Source: Bradyrhizobium sp. (GTDB lineage: Bacteria > Pseudomonadota > Alphaproteobacteria > Rhizobiales > Xanthobacteraceae). Taken from it: 64,000 nt of DNA. The notes under the pieces are model-generated. The model searched no databases. It saw nothing but the letters and a program-made list of their open reading frames with translations, and had not been told where the DNA came from. Positions 37,756 to 47,984 of the stretch are shown in pieces; position 1 is the first letter of the stretch; every line of letters begins with the position of its first letter. Made by a program: the position numbers and the translations under genes. The stretch spans positions 8,959 to 72,958 of the forward strand of contig JAUXWH010000292.1 in assembly GCA_030681365.1 (NCBI GenBank), read 5' to 3'.

Positions 37756-40002
37756 TCAGCGGTCCTGGCGGCGCACGGCGCGGGCCAGAAAGTCTTCCAG
37801 CGCGATGATGCAGGCGCGGTCGCGATACAGCTTCGGCTTGGCGGCGGCAATCCGTTCGCTGAGGACGCGGCGCGCGTCCGCGTCGTTCGCCAGCCGCGCG
37901 GCGATGGCGATGAAGCCATCGACGTCGGCCGCGATTGTATCGGTCACGCCCATCATCTGCAGGATGGCGGCGCTGTGCCGGCCGCGCATGGTGGCGCCGG
38001 GCAGCGTCACGATCGGCAGGTTGTGCGGCAGGCTTTCGAGCGCCGAGTTGCAGCCCGACCAGTCGATGCTGTCGAGGAACACGTCGCACTGCCCGATGGC
38101 CGCGCCGAATTTGCTCTGGCTCATGCGCGGCAGGAACACGCAATGGTCGGCGGCATTCAAACCTTCGGCGGCAAAGGCCTTCGCCAGCCGCGCCTCGAAC
38201 AGCGTATTGATGCCCGGGCCACCGCTGTGGCGGACGAACACGAACTGGCAGTTGCCGGCCACCCTGGCGATACGGGCAAAGACGCTGTCGTGCTGCGGCA
38301 GGTACTTGAACAGCGACTGGCCGCACCAGAACGCCGCCGCATCGTCGCGCAGGCCCAGTTCGGCGCGGGTGACCGGCACCAGTGCGGTCGCTACCGGCTC
38401 GTAATAGATCGACAGGTTCGGCAGCCGCACCAGATTCTCGGTGTAGTGCGCGGCGGCGTCCGGCGGCTCCATCAAGTCGCTGCTGAGATAATGATCGAGT
38501 GTCGCCAGGCCGCTGGTTTCCGGGTGGCCCCACGACGTGCATTGCACCGGCGCCAGCCGTTGCGCCGCCAGCGGCAGCGACAGGGTGTCCATCAGCAGGC
38601 CCGGATAGATCAGCACATGCGGCGCGTCGGCGAGGATTTCGCGGCGCCAGCCGTCCACGTCGAGCGTGCGATGCACGAAGCGGTCGCACAGGCTTTCCGC
38701 GATGGCGGTCTCGGCGTCGCGCCGGGTGCCGAGGTGATAGCCGAACACCTTGAAACGGCTGCGGTCGAGTTGCTCGACCCAGCCCTTGATCGGGATTTTC
38801 CAGTTCGAATGCAGGTAGAAGTGCGCCGAGACGATGCCGACCCGGATCGGCTCGCCCGGCATCGGCGGCGGGGCCAGCGGCGCGGCCTCTGGAAAGCGCT
38901 GCGCGACGGCGCGGCCGATCATGTCGCCATAGATCGCCTGCAGATCGCGATCGACCTGGCCCTGGTAGGCCAGAAAAAACGGCTGCCGCGCGACGCCGGC
39001 CTTGATCAGGTCGCCGGTCAGGCGGCCGGCGGCGACGTCGTCGCGCAGGTGGCGCAGGCTTGTCTCATAGGCCGCGCGGCAGCGCGCGATCTCGGCTTCG
39101 TCCGCATAGAGGATCGGCAGTTCGGCAAAGCAGGCGGCAAACCGCGCCTCGGCATAGCCGGGCCTGATGGCCAGCGCCCGGGCGAAATCCGCCCGCGCCT
39201 CTTCGTTGCGGTTGAGGTCGATCTGCATGCAGCCGCGGTTGTAATAGACCTCGGCGGAACTGGGATTTTGCGCCAGCGCGCGGTCGAAGCTGTCGAGCGC
39301 CTCGTCGAAGCGGTGCAGCAGGCCGAGCACGCGGCTGCGGTTGTCGCGCGCCTCGCTATACGATGGATCGATCGCCAGCGCCTGCTCGTAGCAGACGAGC
39401 GCGTCGGTCTCGCGGCCGAGCGCCTCGAGCACGGCGCCACGGTTGTTGTGCGCCCTGAGATATTTCGGCCGCAGCTTCAGCGCGCGGTCGAAACATGCCA
39501 GCGCCTCGTCGTGGCGGCCGAGCGCGCGCAGCGAATTGCCGAGATTGTATTGCGCCTCGGCGTAATCCGGCTTGATGGCGATCGCCTTGCGATAGCTGTC
39601 GAGCGCCGCCTCGTCGCGGCCGAGCGCGGCCAGCGCCGCGGCGCGGTTGTTGTGCGCCTCGGCATATTTGGATTTCAGCTTGATCGCCTGGTCGAAGCTG
39701 TCGAGCGCCTCGGCGTGGCGCTTCAGCGCATTCAGCGCGAGGCCGTGGTTGAGCAGGATCTGCGGCGTCTTGCGCGATGCCATCGCGGCGCCGATCAGGC
39801 GCAGCGCCTCGGCCGGCTGGCCGGCGGCGAGCCGGACCAGTCCCATCATCTGCAGGGCGTCGATGTGATCGGGCCGCACCGCCAATATCGCAGCATAAAG
39901 CTGGCCGGCCTCGGCCAGTTTGCCCTGCTGGTGCAGCGCCAGCGCCTGCGCCAGCGTCTGCGGCACGTTGAGCGGCTGGGATTTGGGCAGCGGTTGCGGC
40001 AT
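37756..40002 (-). CDS. TPR-repeat O-GlcNAc transferase-like glycosyltransferase (SPINDLY/GT41)
   Basis: About 8 TPRs, then IRVGIVS..F..H, RLAPVQ...WGHP.TSG, K..P, DVFLD...SG....E.L...LP.VT..G. Confidence 0.85.
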   Translation of the reverse strand: MPQPLPKSQPLNVPQTLAQALALHQQGKLAEAGQLYAAILAVRPDHIDALQMMGLVRLAAGQPAEALRLIGAAMASRKTPQILLNHGLALNALKRHAEALDSFDQAIKLKSKYAEAHNNRAAALAALGRDEAALDSYRKAIAIKPDYAEAQYNLGNSLRALGRHDEALACFDRALKLRPKYLRAHNNRGAVLEALGRETDALVCYEQALAIDPSYSEARDNRSRVLGLLHRFDEALDSFDRALAQNPSSAEVYYNRGCMQIDLNRNEEARADFARALAIRPGYAEARFAACFAELPILYADEAEIARCRAAYETSLRHLRDDVAAGRLTGDLIKAGVARQPFFLAYQGQVDRDLQAIYGDMIGRAVAQRFPEAAPLAPPPMPGEPIRVGIVSAHFYLHSNWKIPIKGWVEQLDRSRFKVFGYHLGTRRDAETAIAESLCDRFVHRTLDVDGWRREILADAPHVLIYPGLLMDTLSLPLAAQRLAPVQCTSWGHPETSGLATLDHYLSSDLMEPPDAAAHYTENLVRLPNLSIYYEPVATALVPVTRAELGLRDDAAAFWCGQSLFKYLPQHDSVFARIARVAGNCQFVFVRHSGGPGINTLFEARLAKAFAAEGLNAADHCVFLPRMSQSKFGAAIGQCDVFLDSIDWSGCNSALESLPHNLPIVTLPGATMRGRHSAAILQMMGVTDTIAADVDGFIAIAARLANDADARRVLSERIAAAKPKLYRDRACIIALEDFLARAVRRQDR

Positions 40003-40048
40003 TCGACCTCTCCCATGAGAGGTAAAAAAGCCGCGCTGAGTCGTCTAG

Positions 40049-40084
40049 TCCCGCTCGTCCCCGCGGACGCGGGAACGAGCGGAA
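40049..40084. repeat. Palindromic REP-like element or terminator
   Basis: CCGCTCGT-CCCCGCG-GA-CGCGGGA-ACGAGCGG. Confidence 0.55.
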
Positions 40085-40090
40085 GATTGT

Positions 40091-40642
40091 CTAGCCCTGC
40101 CCGTCGGCCGGCACGAATTTCATCGCCACGCCGTTCATGCAGTAGCGCAGGCCGGTCGGCTTCGGGCCGTCGTTGAAGACGTGGCCCTGATGGCCGAGAC
40201 AACGGATGCAGTGCACCTCGGTCCGCGTCATGAAGAACGACCGGTCGGTCTTGGTGCCGACCGCATTCGGCAGCGGCTCGTAGAAGCTCGGCCAGCCGGT
40301 GCCGCTCTCGAACTTGGTGGCGGAGTCGAACAGCGGCAGGTCGCAGCCGGCGCAGGCGTAGATACCCTTGCGCTTCTCCTGATTGAGCGGCGAAGTGCCG
40401 GCGCGTTCGGTGCCGTGCTTGCGCAGGATGTCGTACTGCACCGGCGTCAGGCGCTTGCGCCACTCGGCGTCGGTCAGCTTGCGGAAATCGATCGCGTCGG
40501 TCGGTGCAGCGGTCGTCGGTGCGGTCGTCGGTGCGGTCATGGGTCTGGCCTCAATGTTCGTTTGAGCGGTCGCGAAGCGGGCGGTGGCGGCAAGCGCACC
40601 CAGCGCCACGCCGGCCGACAAAACAGCGCGTCGGTCGATCAT
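40091..40642 (-). CDS. msrB: Methionine-R-sulfoxide reductase with Tat signal
   Basis: DRRAVL signal; GTER, CAGC, SGTGWPSF, GH.GHVF.DGP, RYCMN. Confidence 0.95.
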   Translation of the reverse strand: MIDRRAVLSAGVALGALAATARFATAQTNIEARPMTAPTTAPTTAAPTDAIDFRKLTDAEWRKRLTPVQYDILRKHGTERAGTSPLNQEKRKGIYACAGCDLPLFDSATKFESGTGWPSFYEPLPNAVGTKTDRSFFMTRTEVHCIRCLGHQGHVFNDGPKPTGLRYCMNGVAMKFVPADGQG

Positions 40643-40643
40643 A

Positions 40644-41249
40644 TCAGCTATCTCCCTTGGCGGCGCCCCAGATCTGCTCGAGCCGCTGATCGCGGCCGCA
40701 GTTCCAGCGGTAGAACTTATATTTGGTGGCGTTCTTCTTGTAGTAATCCTGGTGATACTCCTCCGCCTTGTAGAACGGGCCGGAGGCGTTGATCTGGGTA
40801 TAGATCGTCGTCTTCAGTTGGGCCGCCACCTTCTGCTTGGACGCCTCGGCGAGCCTTCGCTCCTCGTCGTTGCGCACATAGATCGCCGACCTGTAATGCG
40901 GGCCGACATCGCAGAACTGGCGGTCCTTCACGGTCGGATCGATGGTGCGCCAGTAGATGTCGAGCAGCTTCTGGTAGCTGACGACGGCGGGGTTGTAGGT
41001 CACTTCCACCGCCTCGACATGATCGGTGCGGCCCGCGGACACCAGGTTGTAGGTCGCGTCGGAGGCCTTGCCGCCGATATAGCCGGAGGTCGTGGCGAGG
41101 ACGCCCGGCACCTTGTCGAAGTCGGCCTCGGTGCACCAGAAGCAGCCGCCGGCGAACACCGCTTTCGCCTGCCCCTGCGCCGCGCCGGGCACAACCGACA
41201 GACCGATCATCCCCAGTGCAAAGGCCAGGCTCAGCAGAAAACGAGGCAT
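40644..41249 (-). CDS. msrA: Methionine-S-sulfoxide reductase with Sec signal
   Basis: AGGCFWC, SGY.GG, AEEYHQ.YY; hydrophobic leader from ATG 41249. Confidence 0.95.
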   Translation of the reverse strand: MPRFLLSLAFALGMIGLSVVPGAAQGQAKAVFAGGCFWCTEADFDKVPGVLATTSGYIGGKASDATYNLVSAGRTDHVEAVEVTYNPAVVSYQKLLDIYWRTIDPTVKDRQFCDVGPHYRSAIYVRNDEERRLAEASKQKVAAQLKTTIYTQINASGPFYKAEEYHQDYYKKNATKYKFYRWNCGRDQRLEQIWGAAKGDS

Positions 41250-41428
41250 ACGACCCTCCCGATCCATTTCTTATGTGCCAGAGATATAGGCTTTCGGCGC
41301 CGCCGCCACTCACCTTGCCGTCACGCCGCATCACGATTGCGCCAGAGGCAGGTGCCCCGTGCCCAGCAAATCGCCTTGCCGGGGGCCCTGCGCGTGCCTA
41401 GTGTCGGCCGGAAAACGTGAGGAATTGC

Positions 41429-42274
<846 letters not shown>

Positions 42275-42298
42275 CGCGCATTCGCAACCGCATCCTCC

Positions 42299-42328
42299 GT
42301 CATGGCCGGGCTTGATTCGGCCATCCAT
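42299..42328. repeat. REP-like palindrome (GTCATGGCCGGGCTTG..CGGCCATCCA family)
   Basis: ATGGCCG/CGGCCAT stem; matches a common Rhizobiales intergenic repeat. Confidence 0.65.
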
Positions 42329-42379
42329 GAGGCGGTGCGGCATTCTCAGACTTACGTGACGTCCTGCGGGTGTTAGCGG

Positions 42380-43102
42380 CTACTGCGCCACCGCCGCCAC
42401 CACCGCCGGCTTGTCCAGCCAGCCGCGCTCCTTGGCGAAGGCGACGATCTTCTCGGCCGCGGCGCGGCCGAGGCCGCGCGCCTGCGCCTCGACATCCGGC
42501 GACAGTCTTTCCGGATCGGCCTTGAGGCCCGCCAGCGCCGCGGCGATGGCGGCGTTATTCGCGCTCGCCGCCCGGCCCGCGGCGGGACGCCCCGCGGCAC
42601 GGCCGTCGGTGGCAAAGCTCAGCACCGGCCGCTTGCCGCCGCTGGAAATGGACGTGACGGTCATGTCGGCGATGACGCCGCCACGGCCGGCGCCGAAACC
42701 GATCTGATCTTTCTTGGCGCTGGCGCTCTCGCTGTCGCCGCGCAGCGCGCCCTTGACGATCACGGCGCTGTCGGACAGCGACAGCGCGTCCTCGTCGCCC
42801 GGCTGGGCCTCGAGTCCGGCCTCGCGCAGCGAGGCAACGATGGTCGCGACGATCTCGTCATTGACGCGGGCGATGGTGCGCGGCCTGCGCTCGAAGGTCG
42901 GGTAGCTGCCCTTGCGGTCCAGCCGCGCGGTGAAGCCGCGGTCGATCGCCACCACTTCGGCCGACCAGGTGAAGTCGGTGACAATGATGGCTTTAGGCGG
43001 CGGCGTGGTTGCGCTGCCCGGCAGCAATGCGCCCGAGGAGCCTTGCGCACAGCCGGCGAGCGCCAGCGCGGCGGCAAGAAGACAAACGGTTCTGGAATAC
43101 AT
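42380..43102 (-). CDS. Lipoprotein (DUF4410-like)
   Basis: Lipobox LAGC; I.V.DF, IGFGAG, A...A.KI..F....GW. Confidence 0.7.
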   Translation of the reverse strand: MYSRTVCLLAAALALAGCAQGSSGALLPGSATTPPPKAIIVTDFTWSAEVVAIDRGFTARLDRKGSYPTFERRPRTIARVNDEIVATIVASLREAGLEAQPGDEDALSLSDSAVIVKGALRGDSESASAKKDQIGFGAGRGGVIADMTVTSISSGGKRPVLSFATDGRAAGRPAAGRAASANNAAIAAALAGLKADPERLSPDVEAQARGLGRAAAEKIVAFAKERGWLDKPAVVAAVAQ

Positions 43103-43141
43103 GGGGTGTGACTGTGCGACCGAGGCCTGATTCGGACGACG

Positions 43142-43972
43142 CTACCACAGTCCCTTCACGTCGAAGGAGTAGGTCGTGCCGATACCCACCTGAACTTGAT
43201 CGCGGGTGCCGCGCTGGCTCACCAGCGGCGAGTTGCCGGCGTCACCGGCCAGCCGCTCATATTCGACGAACACATGGCTCGCCCACCGCGGCGACCATTT
43301 ATACTGCGCCTGCGCGCCGGCGCCGTAGGAGCGCACGCCGCCGCTGACCGAATAGGCCGGCAGGCCCGAAGCCAAAGCCTGGCCCGCGTCGATCCCGAAA
43401 TACGGCGACAACGCCTGCGCGCTGGCCAGCACCATGCGCGGGCCGCCGGACAGCGTCAGTTGCGGCGTCACCGGCACCACCACATCGGCCATCAGGTCGC
43501 CCACCACGCCTTTGTGGCCGTTGAAGCCCTGGCGCAGTTCGGCGCGGGTGCGCAGCCACTGCGTCGGCCAGTATTCGGCGAAGCCGCCGACTTCCACCGC
43601 CCATTTGACGTCGCCCAGCCCGGTCAGGTCGCTGCTGTCGCTTTCCTTGCGTCCGAGCCTGATCTTGAGGCCGGGGCCGGCGCGGAAATGTCCGGTATCG
43701 ATCAAGGCGAAACCAGCCGAATCGCGGGCGCTGCGGAAGCGCGCCTCGGAGCCGGCGCGGGCGACGCGGACGATCGGCACCGCCGAAAAGCGGAAATCCT
43801 TGCCGCCTTCATATTCCGGGAGCATGCGGCCTTCGGCGCCGATGGTGACGGTCCACATCGAGACCGGCTTCTGCGACAGCATCGGGGCCGGCGCGGGCTG
43901 GTAGTCTGCCGCGAGGGCCGGCAGCGATACCGTCAGGGCGCCAAGCGCCACCAAGCCAGACCGTAACCGCAT
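43142..43972 (-). CDS. MipA/OmpV-family outer membrane protein
   Basis: Signal peptide, P.YEG, YFGI, Y.RL.GDA..SPLV, terminal Y.F. Confidence 0.88.
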   Translation of the reverse strand: MRLRSGLVALGALTVSLPALAADYQPAPAPMLSQKPVSMWTVTIGAEGRMLPEYEGGKDFRFSAVPIVRVARAGSEARFRSARDSAGFALIDTGHFRAGPGLKIRLGRKESDSSDLTGLGDVKWAVEVGGFAEYWPTQWLRTRAELRQGFNGHKGVVGDLMADVVVPVTPQLTLSGGPRMVLASAQALSPYFGIDAGQALASGLPAYSVSGGVRSYGAGAQAQYKWSPRWASHVFVEYERLAGDAGNSPLVSQRGTRDQVQVGIGTTYSFDVKGLW

Positions 43973-44074
43973 CACTATACCCTCACCATTCCACGCCGCG
44001 TCTCGGCACACGATTGTCTACCCTAAACCTTGCGGGTTTCCCAACGATTACATTGTATTACATCAGACAATTAT

Positions 44075-45910
44075 TCAGCCGGGTTCCATTCCCGGCGGCG
44101 GTTGCGGGGGCGTCTTCGGCTTGCGCGGCTTTCGCGGCTTGCGGGGTTTGGCCGGCGACGACTTTGCCGATGCCTTTTTCGATGCCTTTGACGACACCTT
44201 GGCCGGCACCGTGTCCGATGGCGGCGCGGGTTGATCGCCGGCGGCAGGCGGGTCCGAGGCTGGCGCCGGTTCAGGACCCGGTGGCGGTACCAAAGCGGCA
44301 GCGGCCTCGGCCGGGACCACGTCGATTGCCGCGATATCGGATGTGGTCCCTTCGGAGGCCGCCACCTCGGGTGTGGCGATGTCGCCTGCAGCCATGTCCG
44401 TGGCGGCCGCAGGCGGCGGCCCAGGGTCGGATACGGTATCCGCCACAACGGCGGGGACCGGCTCGGGCGGCGGCACGGCGAACGCCATGCGCGCCTGCTC
44501 CCGCGCCTCCTGCTGCGCTCGCTCGCGCGCTTCCTGCTGCGCCTGCCGCGCCTCTTGCCGCGCCTTGCGCACTTTTTGCCGGGCCTGCCGGCGGAGCCGC
44601 GCCCGCTCGCGGTAGCGCGACAGGCTTTGCGCCAGACTGTCGAACGGCCGCGAGCCCCAGTAGACGCCTTGCGCCGCGATGCGGCCGAGCACGCCGCCGG
44701 CCCAGACCAGTTCGTAAGGGGCGAACAGCCGCCAGGTCTGATCGCCGTCGACAATGCCGCGCGCGATCAGGTCACCGGCCATCGCCGTCGTATTGAGGCC
44801 ATGGCCGCCGAAGCCGCTGGCCAGCCAGACGCCGCGATCGATCTCGCCGATCTGCGGCATGCGGTGGATGGTGCGGCCCAGCGTGCCGCGCCACAGATGC
44901 GCGACCTCGACCGGCCCCAGCGCCGGAAAATTGCGTTTGATGTCGGCGACAAGGCCGCTCTTGATCCAGCGCGGATCGGCGGCCCAGGCGCGCATGCGGC
45001 CCGACCATTGCAGGCGTTCGGCGCCGGCCTCGCCGACAATGCGGTAGTGATTGTCGGCGCGGTTGGTGTCGCTGACGGCGCCGCGATAGCGGATCAGCTC
45101 GCGCCATTGCGGGCCGAGCGGCTCGGTCACCATCACGTAAGTGTGCACCGGCAACAGCGTCGCCGACAGCTTCGGCATCAGCGCGCCGAGATGCACATTG
45201 CCGGCCAGCACCAACTGCGCGGCGCGCACCCGGCCGTCCGGCGTATCGATGCGCTTGCGCACGCCGGCGGCGTCGATGGCGGTGGCCGGCGTGTGCGTGA
45301 AGATACGGGCGCCGGCCGCTTCCGCCAACGCCGCCAGGCCAAGCGCATAATTGAGCGGATGAATGTGAAAGGCGCGCCGGTAGTGGATGGCGTTGAAGTA
45401 GCGCGGGTTCACCAGGTGCTCGCGCACCTGTGCGGTCGGCCAGAACTCGACGTCGGCGCCGATCCAGCGCAGCCGCTCGACCTCGCCGCGCAGGTCGCCG
45501 CCATTGTCGGTCTTGGAGACGTGCAGCCAGCCGGCAACCGGATCGACGCCCGGCATGGCCGTCTCGTCGATGGTTCGCCGCACATAATCGACGCCCTGCT
45601 CCGACAGCGCCCAGAGCTGGCGGGCGTGGTCGAGACCGATGCGCTCCACCATGGCATCGATGTCGTCGGCAAAGCCGGGCAGCACGAAGCCGGTGTTGCG
45701 CCCGGATGCGGCATTGGCGACGCCGCCGGCTTCCAGCACCGCCACCGACCAGCCGCGCTGCGCCACCTCGCGCGCCACCGTCAGGCCGGCGAGGCCCGCG
45801 CCGATGACACAGACATCGACGTCGAGGTCGAACGTCAGTCGCGGCCGCGCGGGATCTCCCACCCGCGTCGTTTCGTACCAGCCGGCCGCATTGGACTCAG
45901 GTTCGCTCAT
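44075..45910 (-). CDS. FAD-dependent oxidoreductase (DAO/PuuB-like) with low-complexity tail
   Basis: DVCVIGAGLAG, ASGRN.G, HPL.Y..GLA, GFGGHG. Confidence 0.85.
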   Translation of the reverse strand: MSEPESNAAGWYETTRVGDPARPRLTFDLDVDVCVIGAGLAGLTVAREVAQRGWSVAVLEAGGVANAASGRNTGFVLPGFADDIDAMVERIGLDHARQLWALSEQGVDYVRRTIDETAMPGVDPVAGWLHVSKTDNGGDLRGEVERLRWIGADVEFWPTAQVREHLVNPRYFNAIHYRRAFHIHPLNYALGLAALAEAAGARIFTHTPATAIDAAGVRKRIDTPDGRVRAAQLVLAGNVHLGALMPKLSATLLPVHTYVMVTEPLGPQWRELIRYRGAVSDTNRADNHYRIVGEAGAERLQWSGRMRAWAADPRWIKSGLVADIKRNFPALGPVEVAHLWRGTLGRTIHRMPQIGEIDRGVWLASGFGGHGLNTTAMAGDLIARGIVDGDQTWRLFAPYELVWAGGVLGRIAAQGVYWGSRPFDSLAQSLSRYRERARLRRQARQKVRKARQEARQAQQEARERAQQEAREQARMAFAVPPPEPVPAVVADTVSDPGPPPAAATDMAAGDIATPEVAASEGTTSDIAAIDVVPAEAAAALVPPPGPEPAPASDPPAAGDQPAPPSDTVPAKVSSKASKKASAKSSPAKPRKPRKPRKPKTPPQPPPGMEPG

Positions 45911-46032
45911 ACGGGATGATCAGCCAATTGCGGGACTCCGGCCACGGCGCGGCGGCATGGTAGACTGCCGCAGATTCGAAATCGACGCACCGTCGCGATA
46001 ATTTCGCCTCACTGCTAGCAGATCGTTGGACC

Positions 46033-46560
46033 ATGCGCCGCCTCCTGTTGCTCCGTCATGCCAAGGCCGAACGCGCCGCATTGAGCGCGCCGGACCGGGC
46101 CCGCACGCTCGACGAGCGCGGCCGCAAGGACGCCGCCACGATGGGCGCCTATCTGGCGACCCATAAACTGTCGCCCGACCGGGTGCTGGTATCCCCCGCC
46201 GCACGCACCCAGGAAACCTGGACGCTGGCCGCCGCCGCATGGCGGCCGGCGCCGCCGGCCAAAACCGTGCCGCAGCTTTACGACGCCGATCCCGACGCCA
46301 TTGTGGCGGCCATCCAGGATGCACCGGCGGCGGCGCAGACGCTGCTGGTGGTGGCGCACAATCCGGGCCTGCACGAGCTGGCGCTGCTGCTGATCGCCAC
46401 CGGCGACATCGATGCGCGCGAACGGTTGCGGGAAAAACTGCCGACCTCCGGCCTGGTGATCATCGACTTCCCCTACGACGCCTGGGCGGATCTGCATCCG
46501 CAATCCGGCCGGCTGGAGCGTTTCGTCAGCCCGCGCTCGCTGGAAGCGGCCACGAACTGA
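46033..46560 (+). CDS. sixA: SixA-like phosphohistidine phosphatase
   Basis: LLRHAK, R.L..RG, SPA.RT.ET, V.HNPG. Confidence 0.88.
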   Translation: MRRLLLLRHAKAERAALSAPDRARTLDERGRKDAATMGAYLATHKLSPDRVLVSPAARTQETWTLAAAAWRPAPPAKTVPQLYDADPDAIVAAIQDAPAAAQTLLVVAHNPGLHELALLLIATGDIDARERLREKLPTSGLVIIDFPYDAWADLHPQSGRLERFVSPRSLEAATN

Positions 46561-46569
46561 GCGATCCGC

Positions 46570-47367
46570 TTACGCAACGGCCGGATCGGACGGCCGCGCT
46601 GCGACCAGACGCCGGTACAGATGCCACGTGGTGTGCCCCAACACCGGCAGGGTGATCAGCAGGCCGAGAAAAAACGGCAGCGCCGAGACGACCATCAGCA
46701 CCACGATCACCAGGGCCCAGCCGATCATCGGCACCGGGTTCATGACGACCGATCGCACGCTGGTGATCATGGCGGTGACGAAATCCACATCGTCACGGTC
46801 AAGCAGCAGCGGGAACGACACCACGGTCAGCGAAAACAGGATCAGCGACAGCGCGGCGCCGATGATGTTGCCGGCGAGAAGAAACAACAATCCGGCATTG
46901 GTCGTCAGCACCACCGTCATGAACTGCTGCAGCGTCGAGAATGACGCGTTCAGTCCGAGGAACACCGCCATCAGCAGCCGGACCTGGTACATCCACATCA
47001 CGAAGATGAAGATGGTCACGAAGGCCATCCAGCCCATTTCGCCGCGGCTGCGGATCGTCGACCAGATGCCGCGCAGCGAAGGCTTCTGCCCGCGCTCGCG
47101 CTGCCGGCTCAGTTCATAGAGACCGGCCGCCAGAAACGGACCGATCAACGCGAACCCGGCGGCCAGCGGATAAGCGAGGTAGCTCATGCCGAGCGCGGTG
47201 ATGCTCAGCAATATCGCCAGGCCGCCCGCGGCGTAGATCGCACCGAAGCCGAGACCGTATAGCGGCATGGCCCGGAAATCGCGGAGCCCGTTGCCAAGAG
47301 CTTCGACAACATCGGCCGCCGAGATGCGCAGCACCACCGGATCGCTTTTGCCGGAAACCGAAGCCAT
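46570..47367 (-). CDS. DUF2189 integral membrane protein
   Basis: G.RDF, GF.LIGP..A.GLYE.SR, AM.TS, PVLGH.TWH.YR. Confidence 0.85.
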   Translation of the reverse strand: MASVSGKSDPVVLRISAADVVEALGNGLRDFRAMPLYGLGFGAIYAAGGLAILLSITALGMSYLAYPLAAGFALIGPFLAAGLYELSRQRERGQKPSLRGIWSTIRSRGEMGWMAFVTIFIFVMWMYQVRLLMAVFLGLNASFSTLQQFMTVVLTTNAGLLFLLAGNIIGAALSLILFSLTVVSFPLLLDRDDVDFVTAMITSVRSVVMNPVPMIGWALVIVVLMVVSALPFFLGLLITLPVLGHTTWHLYRRLVAARPSDPAVA

Positions 47368-47422
47368 CGCCGCCCCCTGACCTGTGGATTCTTCATCAGA
47401 TCAGCAAGAGGCCGGCGGCGCC

Positions 47423-47436
47423 TTGATCGGCGTCAA
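47423..47436. promoter_or_regulatory. FNR/FixK box between the DUF2189 and USP genes
   Basis: TTGAT-CGGC-GTCAA. Confidence 0.75.
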
Positions 47437-47529
47437 AATTGCCGGGCGCGCACGGCCTGTTTGGCGCGGGCCAACGCCGCAAAAATGTGGCATCATTTCG
47501 CGCCTGCAGCGAAACAAAGAGGCGCTGTC

Positions 47530-47955
47530 ATGTACAAGACCATTCTGGTGCCGGTCGACGCCGCCGATGTCGACCTGGCGCGGCCGGCCATCGTCGCCGC
47601 CTGCGCCATGGCCCGGACGTCCGGCGGCACCGTGCGCCTGGTGCACGTGTTGCCGATGACGCCGGTGATGCTGGCGGAATACGTGCCGCCCGATTTCGAC
47701 ATGCAACAGCGCAAGCAGGCCGAAGAAACGCTTCACGGCCTGACAAAAGAGTGCGGTATCGATGCCGCGCGGATTTCCGCCACGGTGCGTCAGGGCGGCA
47801 TCTATCACGAGGTGCTGGAAGAGGCCAAAGCGATCAAGGCCGACCTGATCGTGATGAGTTCGCACCGCCCGGCCATGCGCACCTATTTCCTCGGCTCCAA
47901 TGCCGGCCACGTGGTGCGCTACGCGCCGTGTTCGGTGCTGGTGGTGCGCAATTGA
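47530..47955 (+). CDS. Universal stress protein
   Basis: YK.ILVPVD, ADLIVM.SH, LGSNA..VVR.A.CSVLVVR. Confidence 0.93.
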   Translation: MYKTILVPVDAADVDLARPAIVAACAMARTSGGTVRLVHVLPMTPVMLAEYVPPDFDMQQRKQAEETLHGLTKECGIDAARISATVRQGGIYHEVLEEAKAIKADLIVMSSHRPAMRTYFLGSNAGHVVRYAPCSVLVVRN

Positions 47956-47984
47956 TCGCCAACGGCGACATCTACGGCCAGCGC

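Noticed and set aside
47439-47984. 249-aa ORF 47439-48188 as a USP-overlapping fusion gene
   Set aside because: The 5' part is an off-frame shadow of the USP gene; only the luxI-like 3' remnant is supported
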